DNA from: a virus
Taxonomy: Duplodnaviria; Caudoviricetes
Strand: one strand, 5' to 3'
Length of the DNA stretch: 48,876 bases
Virus record (IMG/VR): IMGVR_UViG_3300032212_000023
Span: 1-48,876 of that record
The position numbers and the translations under genes were made by a program. Within the stretch, counting starts at the first letter, position 1. Every line of letters begins with the position of its first letter. The notes under the pieces were generated by a model that was not told where the DNA came from, made no database searches, and worked only from the letters and a program-made list of their open reading frames with translations. This document shows positions 27,115-36,681 of this stretch, piece after piece.

Positions 27115-28533
27115 TTATCTTGCTATCAGTAGGCAGCGGTATGTTATACTAGCGGGGTCTAAAGCACCTGCTGTTGTATTAACAACCCGTATTTCAACAG
27201 TATCAGCAGCAGATACCCTGCCATCAACCACACAACCAGCAGGTAAAGCAGCATCAATACTGACGAGTATAAAATCACCCACAACAGCACCTGTTAACGT
27301 GGTTGTTGTTGTTGACTCACTGTGTGCAGGGATACTAGCAAAATCATGCACGTTCGTTACTTGCTGGGAGCCCGTTAAGGTATTTAACTCTATCGCATCA
27401 GCTGTTACACTGGTGCTATCTATAAACAAAGCGCCAACGGTCACTATATCTAACGTTTTACCAGACTTTACTTCTACCCCGGAGGTAGTGTTCGCTACGA
27501 GCACTTCTTCAAAATTAGTACAAGCGTTAAGGTCAGCTGTTGATGCAGTTACTCCATCAAGTATATTCAATTCAGAAGCAGTAGAAGTTACACCGTCTAA
27601 AATATTTAGTTCAGCAGCTGTAGAAGTTACACCATCGAGAATATTTAACTCCGCTGTTGATGAAGTCAACCCGTCTAAAGTATTAAGCTCTGTGTCATCG
27701 GCTGTGATAGGATTAGCTACATTCGGGAAGATAACTGGACCTTCGTACAGACGGACATCATCGAACTGACAGTTCCTGCCTGATGCAACTGTACCTGAAG
27801 CGTCCACACCACTGAGTTTTACCTTACAGAAGTACGCATCTGCCGGAGCAACTGTTGTACCTGATAAAGTGCTCCAAGACGTAGGGTTAGTTGCAGAATC
27901 ACTGTAAATAGCTGTACTTGCTGTACTAGAAGCTAATCCTGAATCGTTCTGATACCAGAGCAATGTAACAATACAAGTGTTATCAGCCGCTGAACTCTTG
28001 AGGTTGAACAGCACATGAACACTCTCACCCGCTAAGACCTCGGAGTATGGTGTGGTGGTAGCTGACCCTCCACCAGATCCTCCAGACGTGAATTTAAGTG
28101 CGTTATTGCCATGAGCGTGATTGCCGGAACTGCTGTCAATAGCAATAGTACCATTTGTATCAGCACTAAGAGTCCAATTATCAGGCGACCCATCGGAATC
28201 AGAATCAGTTTCAAACGAGCCGTTCTGGACGAGATTGTAAACACCTGAGACAGTTGGTTCAATATTTGCTTGAACATTATCCATACTCCATAACTGCACG
28301 TCATCTGAATCAGTCAGGACGATTTTAACAGAGGTGTTGTACCATATCTCTGCTTCGCCATTCGCATCCAGAATAACAGGATTAGCGTTCGCTGTACCAG
28401 CGCCTTGATCAGTATACGTATCTACACGATCAGATGTACCTGCTGTGTACACGTTGACCTTTCCACCTGACAGTGGGTTATTACTAGAATCAAAAGCCCT
28501 GAACTTAGGGTACGTTAAGTGTACAACAGCCAT
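27115..28533 (-). CDS. Tail fibre with anchor domain, CBM-like domain and 13-aa repeats
   Basis: N-terminus paralogous to the tailspike at 21361; NLVQNGSFE...FDDVRL; ELNILDGVTSTAA repeats. Confidence 0.8.
   Translation of the reverse strand: MAVVHLTYPKFRAFDSSNNPLSGGKVNVYTAGTSDRVDTYTDQGAGTANANPVILDANGEAEIWYNTSVKIVLTDSDDVQLWSMDNVQANIEPTVSGVYNLVQNGSFETDSDSDGSPDNWTLSADTNGTIAIDSSSGNHAHGNNALKFTSGGSGGGSATTTPYSEVLAGESVHVLFNLKSSAADNTCIVTLLWYQNDSGLASSTASTAIYSDSATNPTSWSTLSGTTVAPADAYFCKVKLSGVDASGTVASGRNCQFDDVRLYEGPVIFPNVANPITADDTELNTLDGLTSSTAELNILDGVTSTAAELNILDGVTSTASELNILDGVTASTADLNACTNFEEVLVANTTSGVEVKSGKTLDIVTVGALFIDSTSVTADAIELNTLTGSQQVTNVHDFASIPAHSESTTTTTLTGAVVGDFILVSIDAALPAGCVVDGRVSAADTVEIRVVNTTAGALDPASITYRCLLIAR
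27526..27690 (-). repeat. About four degenerate 39-bp coding tandem repeats
   Basis: ELN(I/T)LDG(V/L)T(S/A)xxx four times; boundaries approximate. Confidence 0.85.
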
Positions 28534-29252
28534 TAAAAGTCACCGTTAGGTTCAAAAGTAATACTGACATCTTCAACATCCCAGTTCTCAGCAAAGGCTA
28601 AACCATCTCTAGCCATTGAGCGGATACGGTAATACATCTGATCAGGAATGCCGTACTCATCAGCTAGACGTAACGCTAGGTTGTACTTAATAGCCTCTAA
28701 CCACTCAGGAGGGCAATCAAAGTCGTCTGTTGAACCATCCATATCTTCAATAGGAGAATGCACCCAAAGCTCTAGTGTCCATTCAGCCGCTGCTGTCGCG
28801 TCAGGCATAGGCCAGATATTTACTGTACTGGATGTGATAGTGGGATCGAAGTACAAGCTGGTAGGAGGGGAGTTCTTAGCCGTTGAACGGTCAGGTAATC
28901 CAGACCACTCTTCTAATGAAACAACATTAATACTCGCTGTTTCATTATTAGTATCTTTATAATTAGCCTCTAGGATACGAAGAGGACGAGCAGCAGTAAC
29001 ATCAGCACCAGATGGGCCGATTGTGTAAGCTGCTTGTGAAGCGACTAAAGTGACTGAGAGTGCATCCCTCCGCCACATTGGAAGGCCACGAGCCTCCCAC
29101 GCTTTCAGCATAAGATTTAGAGCTTCAGATCCGTTAGCGATTTCTTCAGCTGTTAAAGTCTCGCCTCGGATACCAACACCGATTAAACGAAACGCTGAGT
29201 TAATCATCTCGTTACGGTTTAATGTGAAATTAGTGGAACCGGAAGTTGCCAT
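28533..29252 (-). CDS. Head-tail adaptor/tail tube protein (P22 gp4-like position)
   Basis: MATSGSTNF...AFRLIGV; WPMPD; PPEWLEAIKYNLALRLADEYG. Confidence 0.75.
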   Translation of the reverse strand: MATSGSTNFTLNRNEMINSAFRLIGVGIRGETLTAEEIANGSEALNLMLKAWEARGLPMWRRDALSVTLVASQAAYTIGPSGADVTAARPLRILEANYKDTNNETASINVVSLEEWSGLPDRSTAKNSPPTSLYFDPTITSSTVNIWPMPDATAAAEWTLELWVHSPIEDMDGSTDDFDCPPEWLEAIKYNLALRLADEYGIPDQMYYRIRSMARDGLAFAENWDVEDVSITFEPNGDF

Positions 29253-29304
29253 ATATTTATCCGAAATAAGTGTTTAATTGTTTGAATGTACCTGTCAAAT
29301 CCAT

Positions 29305-29322
29305 AGAGCAGTGGTATAAGGG
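29305..29322 (-). repeat. 18-bp post-tailspike box, copy 2
   Basis: Identical to 19182-19199; 5 nt after the stop at 29328. Confidence 0.9.
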
Positions 29323-29327
29323 GCGGG

Positions 29328-30980
29328 TTAAGGATCAAGCAACCCCGTAGCTTCCCAATTAAAGCTCAAAACCGCAGAATTAGCATATCCTATACATCTT
29401 GCAGTAAATCCAGTAGTGGTGACACTATAAGGAATAACGCTCAATCCACCCGTTGATTGATTTGTGTTCCATGCCTTGACAACAGGGGCTGATTCAAAAG
29501 CACGACTAAAAGTAACCGCTTTGTCAGCATAGAAGTTGCCGCCGTAAGCGGTTGTCGTTGTTACAGAATCCGAACCCGTAACAAGTTGTTTTTGAACCTC
29601 TACATCTGAACTACTGTTCAGATATGCCGCTGATGTCATTCCCCTGACGCTGTTTATACCTATCTGACCATCTGTACAAGCGGCTGCAATAGTTATTGCC
29701 CTAACTCCCGTTCCATTACCATTGAAACTATTTCCACCAATGTAGAAATTCTTACCTGAGTTTATAGTAAAACAAGCATTGCTTGCGTCAGCGTGATAAA
29801 TCATGTTCCCTGTTATTGTGAAATCAGACCATATACCAGAGTTGTCGAAGATAATATCATTTTCATTACCTGCAAATTCATTACCAGTAATAGATATTCT
29901 TCCGAAGTTAGCCGTGCCAGCGCTTCTCACAAAGTCGATACTTGCAGCAGCGTGATTCTCAAATGAACTACCATGAATTGTTAGCACAGAGGTTGGACCC
30001 TCAACATCTAAGTAATAACCAAAGTTTCCACCGTTAAACTTAGTGTTTGATATTTTTAATCCACCTGAGCTAACCTGATAAACACCTTTACCTACCGAGC
30101 CATAAGTTCCACCGTTCCCATTAAAGAACGTACAATCAGATATTTTTGCGTCACCAACGTCTGTACTATTAGCATTAGCTACATAGATACCGGATTCCGT
30201 GTTGAAGTAGAACGAACAATTATGTACTGTCCATGCACTTGAGTTTTTGAACTCTAGCATTCTAGGCCAGTATCTAAAGTTGACATTTAGTACGTTTGCT
30301 AATGTCTGACCGCCAAGGTCTGTTGTTGGGTCAATACTCAACCCTGCACCGGGCGATGTCTTTGTAACACTACCCGCTGAAGTTGGGCCAATTAGCGTAA
30401 AGTCTCTGAATGTTGGTATTTCATCAGCAGTGGAAACAGTACCTAAGTAACCAGTGCCAGTGAATTTTATTGCCGCTGTTGTTGAGGTATCAGTAGAAGT
30501 TAGCACCGACCCGTAACCGTGACCGGATATTCCGCCCGCCACTATAGTTATATTGGTGAATAAATAACCACCTAAAGGATATGATATAACTTTCCCTGTG
30601 TTATGTGCCGTTTGCATAGGCGTTGTGTCATCTGTAACACCATCACCTACTGCGCCAAACCAAAAAACACTGTACCCAAGCCCAACATTATACCCACCAT
30701 CAACCCGCACATAAGCCGCTGAACCATCACCCCCTGTAGGAATAAACTGAGTGCCACAATAACTACCGCCATTGTCTGAGTAACCAGAGCCACCTGTAAC
30801 GCCCTTGAACAAGCCGCCGTCCGTGCCGCCTATGTAGTACAGTTTTTCATTTTCAGGTTGAAGAAGCACAGCAGCTGCTTTGTTAGCAACACCTCTTGCA
30901 TTATCTAAGGTAGTTATGTTCTCATCCATCTCCGTATGTCTTAATGGACGGCCCTTACCTTGTCTTGTTGTTATAGTCAT
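29328..30980 (-). CDS. Second tailspike/beta-helix receptor-binding protein
   Basis: ITTRQGKGRPL..EMDEN N-terminus; WFGAVGDGVTDDT; beta-helix rungs; lectin-like C-terminus. Confidence 0.85.
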   Translation of the reverse strand: MTITTRQGKGRPLRHTEMDENITTLDNARGVANKAAAVLLQPENEKLYYIGGTDGGLFKGVTGGSGYSDNGGSYCGTQFIPTGGDGSAAYVRVDGGYNVGLGYSVFWFGAVGDGVTDDTTPMQTAHNTGKVISYPLGGYLFTNITIVAGGISGHGYGSVLTSTDTSTTAAIKFTGTGYLGTVSTADEIPTFRDFTLIGPTSAGSVTKTSPGAGLSIDPTTDLGGQTLANVLNVNFRYWPRMLEFKNSSAWTVHNCSFYFNTESGIYVANANSTDVGDAKISDCTFFNGNGGTYGSVGKGVYQVSSGGLKISNTKFNGGNFGYYLDVEGPTSVLTIHGSSFENHAAASIDFVRSAGTANFGRISITGNEFAGNENDIIFDNSGIWSDFTITGNMIYHADASNACFTINSGKNFYIGGNSFNGNGTGVRAITIAAACTDGQIGINSVRGMTSAAYLNSSSDVEVQKQLVTGSDSVTTTTAYGGNFYADKAVTFSRAFESAPVVKAWNTNQSTGGLSVIPYSVTTTGFTARCIGYANSAVLSFNWEATGLLDP

Positions 30981-31264
30981 TAAATACTACCTGCTGTTGT
31001 ATAGCCGCCTAGCGACAAATCAAAATAATCAGTATCCACGTAAGCTCCTGTATCTTGTACTTCATCAGGACGTGTCCAAGCCACTGAAGGGTCATCCTCA
31101 CGTACACGAAAGAAATCAGCAGGGTGTCTTGTCTCGAAGTCACGAGAACAGACATACAAGTTATCCCATCGTTTCTTTAACTGGGATGCTTTGTACTTCT
31201 CTCCGCACACATCACAGAGAGCGTTATGGTCACCTAGCTTAAGGTAATCAGCCTTACCGCTCAT
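30980..31264 (-). CDS. Zn-binding small phage protein
   Basis: CDVCG..YKASQLKKRWD...VC...RHP. Confidence 0.75.
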   Translation of the reverse strand: MSGKADYLKLGDHNALCDVCGEKYKASQLKKRWDNLYVCSRDFETRHPADFFRVREDDPSVAWTRPDEVQDTGAYVDTDYFDLSLGGYTTAGSI

Positions 31265-32484
31265 TTTCTACGTGCCTTTAACATACGAGCTAACCCAACA
31301 CCGCCCGGAGGAGATGTACTGGTAACATTATTGATGTTAATAGTATCAAATGCTGTCCACGTATAATCCGTTTCATCCCATGCTCTTGCATCAAAAGAAT
31401 CTGTATCTGGAACAGCTCCACCGTATGTTATTTCAAATGTGCCGTCAGTGTTGACAACAACTGTGCCGCTTTGCGTTGATGTAGTTTCGTATTCAATCTG
31501 ATCACCAATAGCTAAACCAGTGAAATTATTAACCAACCCCTCTGAATCAACTGCAATCAGTGTCACATTAGCCTTACCTGTATCACTTGACAAGGTAAAC
31601 GCGAAACCGAGCGCATTAGCCTCACCACCATCATTGGTAACAAACAGATAGCTCGCACCGAATGGTAAGCCTCCCTGTGTAACGGTGACATCAATTGATA
31701 AATCAGCCCAGCTTGTTGTTGTTTGTGTCTCTGCGTTTGTATCTGACACATTATCGGTCGGGCTTGCAGTAACAGCACCAGTACCTTTTACAGCCTCAAA
31801 ATTTGTACCTGTTATTGTCGCAGCCGTTTGACCCGGATATACATCTTCATCAGTATCGAAGTCTGTAATTGTAGGCTCTGTTAAAGATGCAGCCGCATAA
31901 GCCACCGACGCAATAGCCGACCAACACGCAGCATGAGTCCAGCTCATCGTCGTTGATGTTGTTGTTGAAGCCTCATATGAAGCCGCAATATTATTAGTTG
32001 TCGCTAAATCTTGGGTTTGTCCTGCACCAACTGTTGCCGTCTGTCCCTCTGAAGCAAGAACATCTAGTACCATATCATCTGTGTTGGTGGTTAGTGTTAC
32101 GCTTTTATTAGCCGCAAACCCAGAAGCACTGTCGCTTGTAGAGACAGGCGTACCAGTATCAACGCCAGATAATGACGATGTAATAACTTCAAATGAACGT
32201 CCTGACCCGCCAGAGTCAATTACAAGGTCGTATGTACCAATATCGGGGGTAACTAAATCGAGTAAACGAACTGTATCTGAATTGCCTGTGTTTTGTGCTA
32301 ACCGCTGAGTAAGCGCCGTGCCATTCCAAGTAACCGTAACAGCGCCGCCACCACCCCCAAGTCTTACAGATATTAAATTTGCGCCGGATGTAAGTGTTTT
32401 TGACAGCGTTGAATCAAAGCTGGAACCATTCCATGTTGTTGTTATTGAATCTGTTGTTGTTGTGTCGTTAAATGCAATAGCCAT
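31261..32484 (-). CDS. Thr/Ser-rich virion-associated protein with Ig/IPT-like domains
   Basis: PTITDF...TITGTNF...SWADLSI; beta-rich. Confidence 0.65.
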   Translation of the reverse strand: MAIAFNDTTTTDSITTTWNGSSFDSTLSKTLTSGANLISVRLGGGGGAVTVTWNGTALTQRLAQNTGNSDTVRLLDLVTPDIGTYDLVIDSGGSGRSFEVITSSLSGVDTGTPVSTSDSASGFAANKSVTLTTNTDDMVLDVLASEGQTATVGAGQTQDLATTNNIAASYEASTTTSTTMSWTHAACWSAIASVAYAAASLTEPTITDFDTDEDVYPGQTAATITGTNFEAVKGTGAVTASPTDNVSDTNAETQTTTSWADLSIDVTVTQGGLPFGASYLFVTNDGGEANALGFAFTLSSDTGKANVTLIAVDSEGLVNNFTGLAIGDQIEYETTSTQSGTVVVNTDGTFEITYGGAVPDTDSFDARAWDETDYTWTAFDTININNVTSTSPPGGVGLARMLKARRK

Positions 32485-34007
32485 TAGACAATCTCCGCGC
32501 CGTGTGTGCCGAGATATGTCGTTCTAGCTGTGCCTGTTAAATCCATATTTACATCGACTGCGCCATCTGTTGTGGCGTATTCCGCGTTGTCTGTTGTTAC
32601 AATAACACTATTCACACCTGATGTTGGTATTTTTGGTGTGTCATCATTAATAATGACGTTCTTTTCCCAGTTAAATGTGTAGTTGTAATCGCCACCAAAA
32701 ATAGTATCTTGGATCGTGTTTCTGTACGCCCAATACTCAACAGCCGAGCTTTGATTTGCAGCTGCATTATTCATAGTAAATGCTCGCTGAGCTGTTTGTT
32801 TAATCTTGCAATAACAAACCTCTATTCTGTCAAGTACATAGGTTTGCTCTTGTCCTAATATTTCTATTACCCCAAAATTATGGTCTTGTGCGACAATGCC
32901 GTCTGTGTAACGTATCGAACCGTCCTGCGCGTCTGATTTGATTAAAATGCCTTGGAACCCTGTATCAGTAGAATTTGATAACGTACAGTTCTCAATAGTC
33001 CAGTATTGCACATTAAACATATCAATCATTGATGCTTTGAAGTCGTCGATAGTCAAGCTGTGAAACGTGCCATACTGCCGCATTGAACCGGGATTTAATA
33101 ATGTAATTGCACCCGGATTGTCTCCGCCGTAAGTACCGGGGAAGTTAACTGTATCCCCACGCACCATGCCGCTGAAATCTAATTCAAAGAACACAAATCG
33201 GTTAATTGCAGAGCTGGTACTTGAGGAAATAAACCTTGAATCCTTAACGCCAGAGTTATCGCCGGGTGAATTCTGGAAATCGATATTACAAACCGCCGGA
33301 TCACTGCCATCTATGGCAATGAATTTATGAGTGTCTTGGTCGATTATCGGTTTTGTAGCGTCACCATAATGCCCCATAATCGCATTTGGTTTGTCTGCTG
33401 CACCCAGATTTGTGTTTACGTCAGGATGATTATAGGTTGTTTGTGTAGCGCCTGATCGTAAGATTGCAATTTTGCCGCCGTGTGTTGTTGTGCCAAACAG
33501 ACCACCGAGTGTTTGATAAGGCGCACCAATCAGACCTGTGCCTGTGCCATCATTGCCGCTCACGCCATCAACAAAGACAAAATTATCTGTGCCAACTGTT
33601 AGTGTCCATCGTGAAGTGACAGCATTTAGTTCTTGGTCAATGCATCTCACTACAACATCGTGCGTACCTGCTGTTGGGTTTGTCCATTCAACAATGCCGT
33701 AGTCGGTGTCGCTGTGTATTTCTCCAATAGTCATGCCTGTCGGCGCATCGACAAGAGTGAACCAATACGGCGCACAACCACCTTGTACTGTAACAGGCAG
33801 TCTGTAGGGTATTCCCGTGTATGCATTTTTGCAGATAGCATTAGCAGTTGTTTCACTATCTGGTCGAGGATGAACTAAAACCTGTGTCATCTTTGATGCA
33901 ACATAATTACCAGAGGTCAGCCTGTTTGAAATGTCGGACACCCGGCAGTCATAGCTAGTATCTAGCTTGGGTAGAGACCAATTATAGTTGGTGTAGGTGA
34001 GCGCCAT
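32484..34007 (-). CDS. Ig-like plus beta-helix (putative glycan-active) protein
   Basis: GGCAPY.FTL..APTGMTI; FVDGVSGND..G....PYQTL; beta-helix-like rungs. Confidence 0.65.
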   Translation of the reverse strand: MALTYTNYNWSLPKLDTSYDCRVSDISNRLTSGNYVASKMTQVLVHPRPDSETTANAICKNAYTGIPYRLPVTVQGGCAPYWFTLVDAPTGMTIGEIHSDTDYGIVEWTNPTAGTHDVVVRCIDQELNAVTSRWTLTVGTDNFVFVDGVSGNDGTGTGLIGAPYQTLGGLFGTTTHGGKIAILRSGATQTTYNHPDVNTNLGAADKPNAIMGHYGDATKPIIDQDTHKFIAIDGSDPAVCNIDFQNSPGDNSGVKDSRFISSSTSSAINRFVFFELDFSGMVRGDTVNFPGTYGGDNPGAITLLNPGSMRQYGTFHSLTIDDFKASMIDMFNVQYWTIENCTLSNSTDTGFQGILIKSDAQDGSIRYTDGIVAQDHNFGVIEILGQEQTYVLDRIEVCYCKIKQTAQRAFTMNNAAANQSSAVEYWAYRNTIQDTIFGGDYNYTFNWEKNVIINDDTPKIPTSGVNSVIVTTDNAEYATTDGAVDVNMDLTGTARTTYLGTHGAEIV

Positions 34008-34405
34008 TAATCTTTGAGGCGTAACGTGATTGTGATATCATAAGTAGCAGTAGCTGATGCACCAACTGTGGTTAACAGAATATCACCTGTACCACCACTA
34101 GATTTAGGATCTGCGTTACCACCAATATCTCGCCAGTCAAAGTACGTATAACCTGTACCAAGAACAGCAATTTCATCGTTAGTGGTATGATCCCAGAACA
34201 GATGAACAGAGCTAAAGCCCTGAACCATTCCTTCGATACTCTCTACAACTGTGCTAGTAGGTGCTGTTCCATCCGGCCCAACTAACGTACTGATATCTAG
34301 CTTGGTGACAGTGGTCTCGCCTGTACCGTCAGAGATATTCGTTAGTTTTAAAGTGTACTTTCGTGTTGTTGCTGAGAGTACTTTTGTGTCTACTGTGTCT
34401 ACCAT
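34007..34405 (-). CDS. Virion structural protein
   Basis: SDGTGE...KLDIS...TGDILLTT; late operon. Confidence 0.7.
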   Translation of the reverse strand: MVDTVDTKVLSATTRKYTLKLTNISDGTGETTVTKLDISTLVGPDGTAPTSTVVESIEGMVQGFSSVHLFWDHTTNDEIAVLGTGYTYFDWRDIGGNADPKSSGGTGDILLTTVGASATATYDITITLRLKD

Positions 34406-34406
34406 G

Positions 34407-34835
34407 TTAGTCCCCGTTTGTTTGGACGTAGTATCCGAAAATTGTTACGTCTACGTCATCATCATCGCAGACTCCGTTAATGTATTTAACCCCGTCAGTG
34501 GCTACATTAATTAAATTAAGATAAGTATGCTCACCTTTGTTTAAGTCAATAGTAAGAATACTTCTAGAGGCATTAACTGCTGTGGTATCAGCCGCTGTTG
34601 CTTCGTATATTTGTATGCTGGTGTCGGTCGTTACATTCCTGTCCGCACCTAACAGAATACCTACCATGATAAAACGTTTAGCAGACACAGCAGGAACTAT
34701 ATTGTACACTTGATTATCTACACCTAACTCAACGTAATAAGGCTCAGAGTAATCTAGAGTGCCGACAACAAGTTCGCCATTAGAAGTAACACGAGCGCCT
34801 TTATTATCGTATGTTATATTTACAGGAGCTGTCAC
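34407..34835 (-). CDS. Hypothetical structural protein (paralog array member)
   Basis: GTG start; ARVTSNGELVV N-terminal motif. Confidence 0.65.
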   Translation of the reverse strand: MTAPVNITYDNKGARVTSNGELVVGTLDYSEPYYVELGVDNQVYNIVPAVSAKRFIMVGILLGADRNVTTDTSIQIYEATAADTTAVNASRSILTIDLNKGEHTYLNLINVATDGVKYINGVCDDDDVDVTIFGYYVQTNGD

Positions 34836-35371
34836 TAATCGCCGCCAACTAGACTAACCATACACTTAAGGGCAACAGCACCTGTTGTCGCTTTAAGTGC
34901 TATTGATGATCCCGGTGTTATGATAATATTAGAGGTTGTTCTCAGGTGAGAGAGTTTATTAGCTTCACATGTTAGGAAAAACACCTCACCAGCATCTGTT
35001 AGTCCTGTTGTATCTACAGAGTACTCTATTGTTGCGTCTGGAGAGACCGTTGTACCTAAATTTCTATTAACAGGTGTTATTGTTGTGCCAGCAGAAGCTG
35101 TACCCGTAACAACATGTACACCAATGACCTCGGCACTTGCTGCATCTATACGGACATCTGTAATGAAATAATCTTCGGTTCCTGTGTTTTTCAGGTAAAA
35201 GAAGTAATCTCCAGCGCCTGTAGGCGTAACTGTGAAAGGACAACTCCAAACCTTCCCCCGATGTTTATTAACATGTTTATCTTCTTCTTCTGAAACAGAG
35301 AATACAGATAATCGCCCTTCTGTATCAACAATAGCCTCATTGTTTGTATGCCCACCGCTTTGTATTCTCAT
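34835..35371 (-). CDS. Hypothetical structural protein (paralog array member)
   Basis: AIVDTEGRLSV, FYLKN, TPVNRNLG. Confidence 0.7.
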   Translation of the reverse strand: MRIQSGGHTNNEAIVDTEGRLSVFSVSEEEDKHVNKHRGKVWSCPFTVTPTGAGDYFFYLKNTGTEDYFITDVRIDAASAEVIGVHVVTGTASAGTTITPVNRNLGTTVSPDATIEYSVDTTGLTDAGEVFFLTCEANKLSHLRTTSNIIITPGSSIALKATTGAVALKCMVSLVGGD

Positions 35372-35955
35372 AATACTGTTCCTGCATCGTGGTATGCAAT
35401 AATAACCATTACACTGATTTTATCGTTTGCTGCACCGATAGCTGTCATACTACCTGATGTATTTCCGGGGAGAACCAACGCCCCTTTGAAGTCCTTCTCG
35501 TGTGACTCATTAGCAGTTTGCCATGAAGTGTGGAATGTTACTCTATCAGTACTGTCGAGCACTAAGTCACCTGAAGCACCGCCCTCATATACCTCAACAC
35601 TGTTAGAACTTAGTGTTAGCCCAGTACCTCTGTTTGTGTTGATGGGTGTAACGGCACTTCCGCCTGATGTGTATTCGTCTTCGAAATGCCAGTTGATTTT
35701 AATAGTAGAGTCTGAGGCTGTTTCGACTACATATACCTCGAAATCTTTTGTAGAATCGACATTCTTAAAAAAGGCAATAGGTGTTTCTGTACCATCTTGC
35801 AAAGTTGTATCGAACTTCATAATGTACAGGTTTTTATGATACGTGGCATGATGTTGTTCATGTGTTATAATATTAGCAGCGACACTGAGCCTTCCATGAT
35901 CATCTACACTTGCACTGTACGGCTTGTTATCGCCGCTCCGGATAATTGTACTCAT
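35368..35955 (-). CDS. Hypothetical structural protein (paralog array member)
   Basis: ASVDDHGRLSV, AFFKN, TPINTNRG. Confidence 0.7.
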   Translation of the reverse strand: MSTIIRSGDNKPYSASVDDHGRLSVAANIITHEQHHATYHKNLYIMKFDTTLQDGTETPIAFFKNVDSTKDFEVYVVETASDSTIKINWHFEDEYTSGGSAVTPINTNRGTGLTLSSNSVEVYEGGASGDLVLDSTDRVTFHTSWQTANESHEKDFKGALVLPGNTSGSMTAIGAANDKISVMVIIAYHDAGTVL

Positions 35956-36143
35956 TCTACATCCTCTGGTCTGATGCTTGTGTTAAAAGCCTCTTCAACA
36001 CGTTCGTTTAATAACTTTAATTCTTTAAGAACACTGTACATAATTGTTACGAGTTCTGTATCTTTAACAGAAGATGGGCTGTTATTCCCGTCAGCAATAC
36101 TATCACTTGGGTTGAAGTTATCATGTCTCATCCTAACGCCCAC
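35952..36143 (-). CDS. Hypothetical protein
   Basis: Coupled ORF. Confidence 0.55.
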   Translation of the reverse strand: MGVRMRHDNFNPSDSIADGNNSPSSVKDTELVTIMYSVLKELKLLNERVEEAFNTSIRPEDVE

Positions 36144-36388
36144 ATCTTATAAGTAGCACCTACCGATTCTAACGTTAACTGTTTAACACTTACATCCATA
36201 GCAACAGTCTCTAGAGGATCAAGAGTTGCCCAAGGGTGTCCTGCTTTAAAGCGCCACTTAAGTTCTTGGTTTGATGAATAATTAGTAATGCTAATCCGTT
36301 TAGCAGGCCAAGGAAATGAGATTATCTTCGTACCTTGTAATCCTTGACTGTTTTCATCTGTGTACAGATTTGCATAATTTTGTGACAC
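36128..36388 (-). CDS. Hypothetical protein
   Basis: GGTGG RBS; GTG start. Confidence 0.6.
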   Translation of the reverse strand: MSQNYANLYTDENSQGLQGTKIISFPWPAKRISITNYSSNQELKWRFKAGHPWATLDPLETVAMDVSVKQLTLESVGATYKMWALG

Positions 36389-36472
36389 GATACCACCAGT
36401 ATTTTAATTTAGTTATAAAAGATAATTTCTTGTACGGCATTATATAGCCAGTTACATCTGGTGGTTTTTGAT

Positions 36473-36679
36473 CTATGCGTCTTTTATACTGCATTTAACG
36501 TTCCACTTAGTAACCTTTGGTTTTGTGCCACGGTACTCTGTAACTGTGAAGTTTCCCTTTGAGTCCTTTATTTCCATAATACGTATCCCACAAGGCAAGC
36601 ACCAGTGCTCTTTTTCAATAGAGTCTACTACAAGCCTTGTGTTCAACAAATCGCAGCGTGAGCCGCAACTACATTTCAT
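36473..36679 (-). CDS. Zn-ribbon hypothetical protein
   Basis: CSCG...CLPCG. Confidence 0.6.
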   Translation of the reverse strand: MKCSCGSRCDLLNTRLVVDSIEKEHWCLPCGIRIMEIKDSKGNFTVTEYRGTKPKVTKWNVKCSIKDA

Positions 36680-36681
36680 GC

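Noticed and set aside
27526-27690. CRISPR-like array
   Set aside because: In-frame coding repeats with no unique spacers; no cas genes
27101-27769. 222-aa plus-strand ORF
   Set aside because: Antisense shadow of the repetitive tail fibre gene; the other antisense ORFs in the track are rejected for the same reason
19205-30980. DGR or invertase-based tropism switching
   Set aside because: No reverse transcriptase or recombinase; the repeats are direct, not inverted, and there is no TR/VR pair
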